A stretch of DNA of 64,000 nucleotides. Source: Alphaproteobacteria bacterium. GTDB taxonomy: Bacteria > Pseudomonadota > Alphaproteobacteria > CALKHQ01. How positions within the stretch are numbered: the stretch's first letter is position 1; each line of letters starts with the position of its first letter. The translations under genes and the position numbers were made by a program. Positions 18,007 to 27,945 of this stretch are shown one piece after another. The stretch spans positions 1,600,001 to 1,664,000 of the forward strand of contig CBDDFZ010000001.1 in NCBI GenBank assembly GCA_965227515.1, in the 5' to 3' direction. The notes beneath the pieces are model-generated. The model saw only the letters and a program-made list of their open reading frames with translations. It was not told the DNA's origin and did no database searches.

Positions 18007-18734
18007 AGCTGCTGGTCGTCAACCCGAACACCACCGCCTCGATGACCGAGAAGATCGGCGCCGCGGCCCGGTCGGTCGCCGCGCCCGGCACCGAGATCGT
18101 GGCGCGCAATCCTGAGTTCGGCCCGGTCAGCATCGAGGGCTATTACGACGAGGTGTTCTGCGTACCCGGCCTGATCGAAGAGGTGCGGCGCGGCGTGGCG
18201 GAGGGGTGCGACGCCACCGTCGTGGCCTGCTTCGACGATCCCGGTATCGATGCCGCGCGCACGGTCTCGCCCGGCCCGCTGATCGGCATCTGCGAGGCGG
18301 CGCTGAAGACCGCCAGCCTGCTCGCCGAGCGCTTCACGGTCGTGACCACGCTGTCGATCGCCATTCCGCCGATGCGCCGGCTGGCGCAGCGCTATGGCGT
18401 GTCCGACAGTTGCGTCATCCGCGCCGCCGAGATTCCGGTACTGGCGTTGGAGGACGACGCATCGGATGCCGGGCAGCACATCCGCGCCGAGATCAGGGCC
18501 GCCGTCGACGAGGACGGTGCCCAGGCCATCGTGCTCGGTTGCGCCGGCATGGCCGACCTGACCGCGCGGCTGACCGAGGAGTTCGGCGTGCCGGTGATCG
18601 ATGGCGTCGCCGCCGCGGTGAAGCTGCTGGAGGGGCTGCTGGCCCTGGGTCTCAAGCCGGCGCGTCTCGGCGCGGGCGCCCCGCCGCTCGCCAAGCCCTA
18701 CACCGGGCGTTTCGCCGACTTCGCACCGGAGTAG
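18003..18734 (+). CDS. Hydantoin/allantoin racemase (Asp/Glu racemase family)
   Basis: VVNPNTTASMT, VACFDDPG, IVLGCAGM, VPVIDGV; GTG start overlaps the permease stop. Confidence 0.92.
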   Translation: MKLLVVNPNTTASMTEKIGAAARSVAAPGTEIVARNPEFGPVSIEGYYDEVFCVPGLIEEVRRGVAEGCDATVVACFDDPGIDAARTVSPGPLIGICEAALKTASLLAERFTVVTTLSIAIPPMRRLAQRYGVSDSCVIRAAEIPVLALEDDASDAGQHIRAEIRAAVDEDGAQAIVLGCAGMADLTARLTEEFGVPVIDGVAAAVKLLEGLLALGLKPARLGAGAPPLAKPYTGRFADFAPE

Positions 18735-18822
18735 ATTTCCCCCTCACCCTCCCAGCGTCGCGCTGCGTTCTTCCCATTCCCACTGGCGGCTACTGGATTC
18801 ACGCATCTAATCACTAAACAAT

Positions 18823-19001
18823 TGACATCCTCGGGCTTGTCCCGAGGATCCATTTATGTCCAAAATATCAATAGCTTGATAAGATTTTCTTTGTCAGTGG
18901 CGGGCGGTCTGCGGACTCTGAACTGCGCAGGCGTCGTGCTCACAGGCTCGTCTCATGCCCTTGCCCACAAATTGATCCTCGCCACAAGGGCGAGGACGAC
19001 A
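18823..19001. repeat. Degenerate family A palindromic repeat
   Basis: TGACATCCTCGGGCTTGTCCCGAGGATCCAT...GATCCTCGCCACAAGGGCGAGGACGACA; same hairpin as the IS481 target. Confidence 0.65.
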
Positions 19002-19030
19002 ATTCTTGCTTGGGGGGAAGAACGAGACCC

Positions 19031-19801
19031 TCAGTACTCGCACTCTTCCAGGGTCGCGCCGACGGTCATCGGCCGGTTGGCGTCATGGAAGCAGCCGTTG
19101 ATCCAGCGGCCCTCGAACACCTCGCCGTCGGCCTGGGTGAAGGTGCCGTAGCCGTGGGCCTGGTTGTTCAGCCACTTGCCGTCGTAGCTATCGCCGTTGG
19201 TCCACTCCATCAGGCCGAAGCCCGTGCGTTCGCCCTCGGCCCAATCGCCCTCGTAGCGGTCGCCGGACCCCCAGACCATGACGCCGCGGCCGGTGCGGTA
19301 GCCGTCGACCCAATCGCCCTCGAACCGCGCGCCGTCGGGCCAGGTGTAGACACCGACCCCGTTCTGCATGTCATCGGCCCAGTCGCCGGCATACTGGCTG
19401 CCGTCGGGCCAGGTGTAGGTGCCGAATCCATGCAGCAGGTCGTCGACAAAGCCGCCGACATAGACGTGGTCGTCATGCCAGACATAGGTGCCTTCGCCAT
19501 GCAGCCGGCTGTTGACCATCGGACCGGTATAGACGTCCTCCACGAACGTCGCGTCGGCGGTGCTGCGATAGCGCCATGTCAGCTCGCCGGTGCCATACGT
19601 CCGGCCGAACAGGCACGGGCCCGACCATGTCACCGTTTCCTCCGGCTGCGGGGCGGCGTTCCAGACGCTGCACGCGGGGTCGTTGGCAAGCGCCTGCCAG
19701 AATGGCTCCGGGTCGCCTCCATCCTGTGCGCCGGCGCCGCCGGTAACCAGCACCGCCGGAGCCAATGCGGCCGCAAGAGCCATGCCGCGGATAAAGCGCA
19801 T
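19031..19801 (-). CDS. Secreted MORN-repeat protein
   Basis: Signal peptide; repeated YxGxWxxxxxxGxGxYxWxDG units. Confidence 0.9.
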   Translation of the reverse strand: MRFIRGMALAAALAPAVLVTGGAGAQDGGDPEPFWQALANDPACSVWNAAPQPEETVTWSGPCLFGRTYGTGELTWRYRSTADATFVEDVYTGPMVNSRLHGEGTYVWHDDHVYVGGFVDDLLHGFGTYTWPDGSQYAGDWADDMQNGVGVYTWPDGARFEGDWVDGYRTGRGVMVWGSGDRYEGDWAEGERTGFGLMEWTNGDSYDGKWLNNQAHGYGTFTQADGEVFEGRWINGCFHDANRPMTVGATLEECEY

Positions 19802-19875
19802 ACCTGCCTGTCCTTTCGCGTATCGGGTGGCCGAGTATCGGGTGGCCGCGTATCGGATGGTCAACTGGCGGACGA

Positions 19876-20997
19876 TCAGAACGGAAAGCCGTCGTTGGCC
19901 GCTTCCAGGTCGCTTTCCAGCCGATAGACCGTCTTGGTGCCGAAGCCCCTGATCTCATGATCGCCCAGATCGGTGAATCGGAACTCGTTGGCGATCTTGT
20001 CGTGGCACTCGTCACTGACCAGGATTTCCATTGGCCCGCAAAGCGGCTCCAGCCGCGCCGCCAGGTTCATGCCCGGCCCGAACACGTCGTAGACGTATTT
20101 CTGCACCCCGACCACCGATCCGATGACCGGGCCGGAGTTGATGCCGATGCGGCAGTTCCACTCGAACTCGGAGTTGCTGTTGCGCCGTTTCAGGTAGCGC
20201 ACGAACCTGAGCGCCACCCGCGCAATATTGCGGGCATGGTCGGGGTTCGGGTCGGGCAGGCCGGACACCGCGACATAGGCATCGCCAATGGTCTTCAGCC
20301 GGTCGCAGCCGAACTGCTCGACGATGCGGTCGAACGACGTGAAGATGTCGTTCAACTCGGCGATCAGCTTTGTCGGCTCGTGGCTGATCGACATCTGGGT
20401 GAAGCCGACGAAATCCAGCATCAGGATCGAGGCGTCGTCATAGCGTTGCGGCGTGGTGACGCCGAACTGCTTCCACTCCTCATAGACCTGCTGCGGCATT
20501 ATGTTCAGCAGCAGCTTCTCGACCCGTTCCTTCTCCTTCTTCAGGTCCCGGTTCTGCCGCTCGATCATCTTCGAATAGGACTCGATCATGTACTCGAGTT
20601 CCTTGATCTTCGAGACGTTCTGGCACTGCAGCATCAGGTTGCCGTCGCTGTCGCCCTCTGCGGTGCCAATTTCGATCGCCAATGCCAGCGTGCGCCGTTT
20701 CGGCTTGGCTTCGACGTCGAACTTGGCGCGGCCGATCTCGCTCAACAGCATCTTGGTCTTGGCCGGGTCGAAGTTCGGCACGATCTCGGCGAGCGTGGCG
20801 TCGCCCTCCTGCATCGCGGGAAACCACGTCGCGAAGGTCGCGTTGTGCATGATGATGCGGAACGTTTCCGGGTCCACGACCGCCAGTCCCACGCCCACCG
20901 AATCCAGCAGCAGGGTGCGGAAGCGGTCCATGTTCATGGACAGCATGGCGGGCTCGGCCGACACTACGGCGTCCGATCCATCATTCCGAGATGACAA
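19876..20997 (-). CDS. Class III adenylate cyclase with PAS-like N-terminus and signalling helix (start may be 20946)
   Basis: EKLLLNIMP, MLDFVGFT, LKTIGDAY, YDVFG..MNLAARLE. Confidence 0.92.
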   Translation of the reverse strand: MSSRNDGSDAVVSAEPAMLSMNMDRFRTLLLDSVGVGLAVVDPETFRIIMHNATFATWFPAMQEGDATLAEIVPNFDPAKTKMLLSEIGRAKFDVEAKPKRRTLALAIEIGTAEGDSDGNLMLQCQNVSKIKELEYMIESYSKMIERQNRDLKKEKERVEKLLLNIMPQQVYEEWKQFGVTTPQRYDDASILMLDFVGFTQMSISHEPTKLIAELNDIFTSFDRIVEQFGCDRLKTIGDAYVAVSGLPDPNPDHARNIARVALRFVRYLKRRNSNSEFEWNCRIGINSGPVIGSVVGVQKYVYDVFGPGMNLAARLEPLCGPMEILVSDECHDKIANEFRFTDLGDHEIRGFGTKTVYRLESDLEAANDGFPF

Positions 20998-21340
20998 CTG
21001 GCGCGCGGGCTTCGATCTCGCCCATGATGATGTCGATGTCCGCCGGCTGGACGTCGAACTCGAACAGGGTCTCGCGCAACAGCTTTGCCATTTCGTCGAA
21101 TGCTTCCCGATCGATGTTGTGCGATGCGTGGACCCGCCGCAGCGCCTCGTTGGAATAGCTGGCCGGCCCGCCCATCACCGAGGCGATGAACTTGGTCTGA
21201 TGGTCGATCAGGTTCTTCAGGTCAATATCGTCAAAAAAAGGGCCGATGATGTCGGAATCGACAGCCTTGTCATAAAACGCCATCACGACCTTGCTGATGG
21301 TGGCGAACCCGCCATAGCGTTCGAACATGGATCCCGACAT
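20981..21340 (-). CDS. Group I truncated haemoglobin
   Basis: FERYGG, FYDK, PFF, HQTKF..VMGGP..Y, proximal His in RRVH. Confidence 0.92.
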   Translation of the reverse strand: MSGSMFERYGGFATISKVVMAFYDKAVDSDIIGPFFDDIDLKNLIDHQTKFIASVMGGPASYSNEALRRVHASHNIDREAFDEMAKLLRETLFEFDVQPADIDIIMGEIEARAPVVISE

Positions 21341-21466
21341 CGCGCTCTCCCCCAGAATGCCGAATCGTCGACAGCGCCCGGCGGAGTGCCGAACGCTTGG
21401 AGCCGCCAGCCAAAGCCACGGCGCAGCCTGCGCCCAGCTTCGGTTCGACCCCAGGCAGGAACGCGA

Positions 21467-22786
21467 CTATAGCAGGGCAGCGGCCTCGCGATAACCGACC
21501 CGGTGCTGCGGATCGGCAAATCCGGCGGCCGCGGCGTCGTTGACCACGATGGCGGCGATGTCGCGGCGATTCTCCTGCCGCGCGGCGTCGGCCAGCAGTT
21601 GGAAGAAGATGTCGCGCTGGGCGTAGCTGCCGCCGATCTGCTTCAGGAGACGGCGCGCCGGCATCAATGCCTCGATCACGCCGGCGAAGTCGCCCTTGCG
21701 GTGGGCGATGGCCGCCTCGGCCGCCGGGATGGCCGCGGCCCGGGTGCGCGCGCCGAGCGGGCCGGTGTCGCTGGCGGCGAACGCGCGCATGGCCGCCAGC
21801 AGCGCCTCGGCCTGGTCGTATCGGCCGGCGGCCGCCAGGATCATGGCGTAGTGGGCGCTGGTGAACGGGCTCGACGGATCGTCCAGCCGTGGCTCGACCA
21901 GGTCGGCCATCTCGGTCCACCGGTCGCCGACGTCGACACCTTGCAGCTCCAGGCGCTTCAGCATCGAGGCGCCGTTCTGCATGTCGATGAACAGGTCGGG
22001 GATCGCCTGCAGCAGGGGCAGGTCGCGGTTGCGGACCCACTCGTCGTAGATCGACAGCACGGCGTCGAACTCGCGGCGCTCCAGGTGGAACAGACAGCGG
22101 TGCCACCACAGGTGCAGCTTCATCTGGTTGGTGTCGGCCCAGTTGTCCTTCAGCCCGTCCAGCCAGGCGATGCCCTCGTCGTGGCGGCCCTGCATGATCA
22201 TCACGTGGGCCGCGGCATGGGTGCCCCAGGCATCGGTCGGGTCGCGCTCCACGCCTTCGCGGGCCAGCCGCTCGGCGGTCTCGTACTCGTGCACCTCCTC
22301 CATGTCGAAGGCGCGGCACGACAGGTGGACGCCATAGTCGGGCACCGACCCGTCCCACGACTTGCCGGCCCTGGTGGAGATGCTGGCCGACCATTCCATC
22401 TCGCCGAGCCAGAACAGCTCGTTCTGGGCCATCCGCTGGGCGAACAGGTCGCGTGGATTGTCCGCCAGCACCTGCTCCATGTGCGCCACGAACTCAGTCA
22501 GCGCGCCGCGATACGCGGCGTCCAGGCCGGCGAGATAATGCTGTTCGCGGACTGTCAGCCGCGACGCTTGCGGGCGTGCGGCGTCCAGCGCCTCGGCGAT
22601 CTTCGGTCGGAAGCCGGTATTGCGGCCGCCGTGCAGCAGCAGGCCGAGCACGATGTGGCCGAGGGCGAACTCGGGGTCTGCGTCGAGCGCCGCCTTCACC
22701 TTGGGCAGCGTGTCGACGCGCCAATACACATAGCTGCGCATGGCATCCGACAGCTGGCCGGCGGCGGCTGCGTTGTCGGTGGTCAT
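21467..22786 (-). CDS. TTC38-like tetratricopeptide repeat protein
   Basis: DAWGTHAAAHV, HLWWHRCLFHL, IGGSYAQRDIF. Confidence 0.85.
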   Translation of the reverse strand: MTTDNAAAAGQLSDAMRSYVYWRVDTLPKVKAALDADPEFALGHIVLGLLLHGGRNTGFRPKIAEALDAARPQASRLTVREQHYLAGLDAAYRGALTEFVAHMEQVLADNPRDLFAQRMAQNELFWLGEMEWSASISTRAGKSWDGSVPDYGVHLSCRAFDMEEVHEYETAERLAREGVERDPTDAWGTHAAAHVMIMQGRHDEGIAWLDGLKDNWADTNQMKLHLWWHRCLFHLERREFDAVLSIYDEWVRNRDLPLLQAIPDLFIDMQNGASMLKRLELQGVDVGDRWTEMADLVEPRLDDPSSPFTSAHYAMILAAAGRYDQAEALLAAMRAFAASDTGPLGARTRAAAIPAAEAAIAHRKGDFAGVIEALMPARRLLKQIGGSYAQRDIFFQLLADAARQENRRDIAAIVVNDAAAAGFADPQHRVGYREAAALL

Positions 22787-22894
22787 CGCGTGACCGCGAA
22801 TATCTTCCTGCATGGGCCCCGATCCGTTTCCTCGTCTGTTTTGACGAACACTAGGACAGCGGGACAGGCGCCGCATCGCGCCGAACGCCGCAGG

Positions 22895-23089
22895 TCAACC
22901 CTGCTCTTGATCTCTTGATCGCTCGCGCTCCCGACTTGAGCCAAACCGCGCGAACGTCGCCTTTAGCTCTTCATCGGTCACAAACCGGCCGGCCTGCGCA
23001 TCTGCCAGACCCTTCTCGATGGCCTCACCGAACTGCTGTTTTTGCAGCCGGCGGAGTGCGGCAACCGAGGCGGTGGTCGTCCGATCCAC
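22895..23089 (-). CDS. Small antitoxin-like protein or remnant
   Basis: EAIEKGLADAQAGRFV..EE resembles the C-terminus of CopG/RelB-like antitoxins. Confidence 0.45.
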   Translation of the reverse strand: MDRTTTASVAALRRLQKQQFGEAIEKGLADAQAGRFVTDEELKATFARFGSSRERERSRDQEQG

Positions 23090-23092
23090 AAC

Positions 23093-24097
23093 TTAGCGCC
23101 TCGCGGTGCGCAGCCGGTCGATGAAGATGGCGGCGATGATGACGCAGCCGAGCACGATCATCTGCACGTTGCCGTCCAGCTCCACCAGGTTCATGCCGTT
23201 CGACAGCGTGGTGATGAACAGCGCGCCGATGATGACGGCGGGCACGCCGCCGATGCCGCCGCGCAGGCTGACCCCGCCGACCACCGCCGCGGCAATGCTC
23301 TCCAGCGTCAGGTTGCCGCCCAGGTTCGGCTCGCCGGAGCCGGTGCGCCCGGTCAGCATCATCGCGCCGACGGCGGCCAGGATGGAGCAGATGATGTAGG
23401 CGTAGATCAGGTAGCGCCGCGACGGCAGCCCGGCGATCCTGGACGCGCGCGGGTTACTGCCGAGCAGATAGAACGAGCGCCCGATCACCGTGCGGGTCAG
23501 GCCCAAATGGATCAGGATCAGCACCACCACGGTGATGATGATCGGGATCGGTATGCCCAGCAGGGTGCCGGAATAGATGATGCCGGAGAACTCGCGCGGC
23601 ACGTCGAACACCGGCCGGCCGCCGGAAATGGTGCTGGCGATGCCGTAGCAGATGTTCCAGCTCGCCAGGGTCGCCATGAACGGGTTGACCCTGAGCACGG
23701 CGACCGCGAAGCCGTTGAACAGCCCGACCAGGATGCCGAAGAAGATGCCGGCGGGAAGCGCAAGCACGATGCCGAGCCAGACCTGCGGATCCTCGCGCAG
23801 CGCGAACTCGACCATGATCAGCGAGGTCAGCACACTGACCGACGACACGCAACTGCCCAGCGACAGGTCGAAGCCGCGGGTCAGGATCACCACCATCTGG
23901 GCGGCCGCGAACACCGCCAGATAGGACGCCTGCTGCAAGATGTTCAGCAGATTGTCGCCTGACAGGATGGTCGGCTGATAGGCCGAGAAGCCGAGCAGCA
24001 TCACCACCAGCAGGATCGGCATCAGCGCCTGCATGATGTAGCGCTGGGTGGCGGCGGCGCGCTCCGCCGCGGTCAGGGGTGCTGCGGCGTCACTCAC
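23093..24097 (-). CDS. Sugar-type ABC permease (RbsC-like)
   Basis: GFDLSLG, PFMATL, LESIAAAVVGGVSL.GG. Confidence 0.92.
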   Translation of the reverse strand: MSDAAAPLTAAERAAATQRYIMQALMPILLVVMLLGFSAYQPTILSGDNLLNILQQASYLAVFAAAQMVVILTRGFDLSLGSCVSSVSVLTSLIMVEFALREDPQVWLGIVLALPAGIFFGILVGLFNGFAVAVLRVNPFMATLASWNICYGIASTISGGRPVFDVPREFSGIIYSGTLLGIPIPIIITVVVLILIHLGLTRTVIGRSFYLLGSNPRASRIAGLPSRRYLIYAYIICSILAAVGAMMLTGRTGSGEPNLGGNLTLESIAAAVVGGVSLRGGIGGVPAVIIGALFITTLSNGMNLVELDGNVQMIVLGCVIIAAIFIDRLRTARR

Positions 24098-25115
24098 GGA
24101 CCTGCCTCCGCCGGCTGAATTCCTCCAACGCCACCGCGGCGACCACGATGATGCCGATGACGATCGGCTGCAGGCGCGAATCCACTCGCATCAGGTTCAT
24201 CGCGTTGGTCAGGATGATCAGGAACAGCGCGCCCAGCGCCACCAGTTCCACCCGGCCGATGCCGCCGCGCAGGCTGACCCCGGCGATCACCGCCGCGGCA
24301 ATGGACTGCAGCATGAAGATGTTGCCGCCAATGGAGGTCTGGCCCGACCCGATGCGCGCCGTCATCACCACGCCGGCCACCGCGGCCAGCGTGCCGCAGA
24401 TGGTGTAGGTCAGCACCAGGTAGGACTTGGTGGGCACGCCGGAGACGACGGCCGCCTGCAGGTTGCCGCCGATGGCGTAGATGTAGCGGCCAAGGGTGGT
24501 GAACCGCTGGATCGCCCAGACCGCGATCAGGATGGCGACCGCAACGTAGAGCGAGATCGGCAGGCCGAGCCAGCTTCCGCGCCCGAACTCGTCGACGAAA
24601 CTCTCCGGCATGCCATAGACGGGTATGCCCTGGGTCAGCAGCAGGCCGAGCCCGGTGGCGATGGACAGCGTGCCCAGGGTCACCATGAAGGGCGATATGC
24701 GCAGGAACGCCACGCACATGCCGTTGACCAGCCCGATGGCGGTGCCGCTGCCGGCGCCGGCGAGCACGCCGACGAAGATCGCCACCCCCTCAGAGCCCTC
24801 GCCCTCGGCATAGAGATCGGCCATCACGGTCGAGGTGACGGTGCTGGCGAGCGCCATCACCGCGCCGACCGAGAGGTCGAAGCCGCCGACGATCAGCACC
24901 AGCATCTGGCCGGCGGCCACCGTCGCCAGGTCGGTGGTGTTGCGGAGCACGTTGAAGATGTTGCGCTCGGCATAGAAATTCGGCTCGAACAGCGCCATCA
25001 GCGCGAGCACGATCAACAGCAGCAGCGGCAACAGGCCGACCGACACCATGACCCGCAGCGCCTGCTCCGAGTTGAGGCCGCCGTGCGGGCCGCCCGTGGT
25101 GGAATAGGAACTCAT
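24090..25115 (-). CDS. Sugar-type ABC permease (RbsC-like)
   Basis: GGFDLSVG, GRYIYAIGGN, SIAAAVIAGVSL. Confidence 0.92.
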   Translation of the reverse strand: MSSYSTTGGPHGGLNSEQALRVMVSVGLLPLLLLIVLALMALFEPNFYAERNIFNVLRNTTDLATVAAGQMLVLIVGGFDLSVGAVMALASTVTSTVMADLYAEGEGSEGVAIFVGVLAGAGSGTAIGLVNGMCVAFLRISPFMVTLGTLSIATGLGLLLTQGIPVYGMPESFVDEFGRGSWLGLPISLYVAVAILIAVWAIQRFTTLGRYIYAIGGNLQAAVVSGVPTKSYLVLTYTICGTLAAVAGVVMTARIGSGQTSIGGNIFMLQSIAAAVIAGVSLRGGIGRVELVALGALFLIILTNAMNLMRVDSRLQPIVIGIIVVAAVALEEFSRRRQVRE

Positions 25116-26752
25116 GCGGCCTGCCCCGACGGCTGGGTGCCGTCCTGCTCATGGAAGAACGACGACAGCACCGCCTCCTCGGTCATGTTCTCGCCGGTCA
25201 GCTCCGTCACCATGTGGGCGCGGTGCATGACGTAGAGCCGGTTGGACAGGTTCAGCACCTCCGGCAGCTCCGATGAGACCAGCACGATGGTGGCGCCGGT
25301 GTCGACCAGCGCCTTCATCAACTCGTAGACCTCGATCTTGGCGCCGACGTCGATGCCGACGGTGGGCTCGTCGAACAGGAAGATGCGGGTCTCGCGGGTC
25401 AGCCCGCGCGCCAGCATCACCTTCTGCCGGTTGCCGCCGCTCAGGTTGCCGACCACGCGCTCGATGTTGGGCGGGGAAAGCTTCAGGCGGTTGACGATGT
25501 CCTTGATGATCGACTTCTCGCCGCGCCGGTCGATGATGCGCATGCGCGCGAACTGCGCCATGTCCAGGGCCGCCATCGACGCGTTCTCGCGCACCGGGCG
25601 CTCCAGCGCCAGGCCCTCGACCACGCGGTCGGACGGGAAATAACAGACGCCGTTCTTCAGCGAGCCGGTGGGCGAGGGGTGGTGCACCGGCTTGCCGTCG
25701 ATCAGGATCTCGCCCTCGGCGATCGGCTCCAGGCCATAGATGGCGCGGATCAGCTCCGACTTGCCGCAGCCGACCAGCCCGGCCACGCCGGTGATCTCGC
25801 CGGCGCGCGCCACCATGTTCACGTCGACCACGGTGCCGTCGGCCAGCGTCAGGTCGCGCACTTCCAGCGTGGTCTCGCCGGGCTTGTGGTCGACCTGCGG
25901 GAACAGCACGTCGATCTTGCGGCCGGTCATCAGCTCGACGAGGCGGCCTTCGTCAACGTCGGCGGCATCGACGGTGGCGATGTGGCGGCCGTCGCGCAGC
26001 ACGGTGATGCGGTCGGCGATGCGCTTGATCTCCGCCATCCGGTGGGACACGTAGATGATGCCGACGCCGTCTGATTTCAGCCGCTCGATCAGGTCGAACA
26101 GCTTGTATGTCTCGTTCTCGGTCAGCGAGGCGGTGGGCTCGTCCAGGATCAGCAGTTTCACCTCGGCCAGCATGGCCTTGGCGATTTCCACCATCTGCTG
26201 GTGCGCGCGCGACAGCTCGCCGACCTTCTTGCGCGAGTTCAGGTCGAAGCCGAGCGCGGTGATGATTTCGGCGGCGCGCTCGCGCATGGCGCCCTTGCGC
26301 AGGAACCCGAAGCTGCGGATTTCGCGGCCCAGGAACAGGTTCTCCGCCACCGTCAGGTGCGGCACCAGCGAGAACTCCTGGAACACCGGGCTGATGCCCA
26401 TCAACCGCGCCTGGTGCGGCGTCAGGTGGCTGACCGGCTTGCCCTGATAGTCGAACGTCCCTTCGTCGGGGCCGAACGTCCCGGCGATCACGTTGATCAG
26501 GGTCGACTTGCCGGCGCCGTTCTCGCCGAACAGCACATGCACCTCGCCCTTCTTCAGTTCGAAGTCCACGCCGTCCAGGGCAAGCACACCGGGGAAGCGC
26601 TTGGAGATGCCGCGCATCGAAAGCAGCACGTCGCCGGTTCCCCCCGGCGAGGCCCGGTCGGGCCCACCAGACGGACCCCCGGACGCGGCGGGCGCCGGTC
26701 CGGGGGTGGCTTGCGTGTCTGCTTTCGTGTCGGCGGGTGCGGTTGCGTTCAC
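25112..26752 (-). CDS. Sugar-type ABC ATP-binding protein (RbsA-like)
   Basis: GENGAGKST, DEPTASL, LSGGNRQKV. Confidence 0.93.
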   Translation of the reverse strand: MNATAPADTKADTQATPGPAPAASGGPSGGPDRASPGGTGDVLLSMRGISKRFPGVLALDGVDFELKKGEVHVLFGENGAGKSTLINVIAGTFGPDEGTFDYQGKPVSHLTPHQARLMGISPVFQEFSLVPHLTVAENLFLGREIRSFGFLRKGAMRERAAEIITALGFDLNSRKKVGELSRAHQQMVEIAKAMLAEVKLLILDEPTASLTENETYKLFDLIERLKSDGVGIIYVSHRMAEIKRIADRITVLRDGRHIATVDAADVDEGRLVELMTGRKIDVLFPQVDHKPGETTLEVRDLTLADGTVVDVNMVARAGEITGVAGLVGCGKSELIRAIYGLEPIAEGEILIDGKPVHHPSPTGSLKNGVCYFPSDRVVEGLALERPVRENASMAALDMAQFARMRIIDRRGEKSIIKDIVNRLKLSPPNIERVVGNLSGGNRQKVMLARGLTRETRIFLFDEPTVGIDVGAKIEVYELMKALVDTGATIVLVSSELPEVLNLSNRLYVMHRAHMVTELTGENMTEEAVLSSFFHEQDGTQPSGQAA

Positions 26753-26788
26753 CTCACCCCCATTTTGGTCAGACCTAAGGGAGAGCCC

Positions 26789-27853
26789 TTATTCGGCGGT
26801 GACCGAATACACCGGGTCCCAGTCGGCCGGTGCCAGCACCAGGCCCATGTTGATCTGGTCGGCGTTGCCCGACGCGATCATGTCCGGGATCGGCTTCACG
26901 AACGGCATCACCTCTTCGCCTTCCAGCGCGCGGACGGCCATGTCGATGGCGACCTTGCCTTCCAGCACCGGATACTGCGTGGCGAAGCCCAGGATCTCGC
27001 CGGCGTTCATCGCATCCAGCATGGCCTGGTTCTCATAGGACGACATGATCAGGATGTCGCCGGTGGCGCCGATCTCGGCGACCGCGCCGATGGCGGCCTC
27101 TGCCGTGGGCGCGGTGCCCCAGATCACGTTCATGGTCGGATAGGCCTGCAGCGCGTCCTGAATCAGGCTGAGCTGCACACCGACACCGCTATCACCGAAC
27201 ATCTCGTCCAGAATCGCGACGTCGGAGCCTTCGAGCCCGCGCTGGAATCCCTCGTAGAAGCTTTCGGCCCAGCCGGAGCCCGCCGGGCCCGGGAACGCCA
27301 CCGCTTCGGCGCTGTCACCGTCCAGGTACTCGAGCAGGTAGTTGGCCGTCTGCTCGCCCATGGTGTCGAACTCGACGTACATCTTGGCGGTGGTCTGCGC
27401 ATCGGCAACCGGATTGACGGTCGCGATCACCGGCTTGCCGGCGGCGATGCCTTCCTCGAACTTCTGCGCCAGGCCGGCCTCGGAGATCGGGCCGACGATG
27501 ATGGCGTCGAAGTCGGAGGCCATGCAGTCATCGAACTGGGAGAGCTGACGCGGCAGGTTCTCGTAACCGCCGGCCTCGTACAGCGTCATGTTGACGCCCT
27601 GGCGCTCGGCCTCGGTGACGATGCCGTAGGCGACGGCCACCCAGAAGCTGTCTTTCATGTGCGGGAACAGGACGCACAGGTTCCACGGCTGTGAAGCGCC
27701 TTCCAGCGGCGAATAGGTCGTCTCGACGTTTTCGCCGGAGCTTGCGTCGTACACCGCCACGGGCCACCAATCCTCTGCGGTGGCCGGCCCAGCGATCGCG
27801 AACGCTGCACCCGCGAGCAAGGCGGCCCGCAAATGGGTGGTAACTGCAGACAT
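26789..27853 (-). CDS. TorT-like periplasmic binding protein
   Basis: WNLCVLFPHMKDSFW, EAGGY.NL..Q, FPGP.GSGW are characteristic of the TorT family. Confidence 0.8.
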   Translation of the reverse strand: MSAVTTHLRAALLAGAAFAIAGPATAEDWWPVAVYDASSGENVETTYSPLEGASQPWNLCVLFPHMKDSFWVAVAYGIVTEAERQGVNMTLYEAGGYENLPRQLSQFDDCMASDFDAIIVGPISEAGLAQKFEEGIAAGKPVIATVNPVADAQTTAKMYVEFDTMGEQTANYLLEYLDGDSAEAVAFPGPAGSGWAESFYEGFQRGLEGSDVAILDEMFGDSGVGVQLSLIQDALQAYPTMNVIWGTAPTAEAAIGAVAEIGATGDILIMSSYENQAMLDAMNAGEILGFATQYPVLEGKVAIDMAVRALEGEEVMPFVKPIPDMIASGNADQINMGLVLAPADWDPVYSVTAE

Positions 27854-27945
27854 CTTTCAGTCCCCCTAGACTTGGTTGCACATTGAAAAGCCATGTGAGC
27901 ACATCTCAGCACCCACGTACAGAGGCTCAGCGTCGCGCTTCGCAC

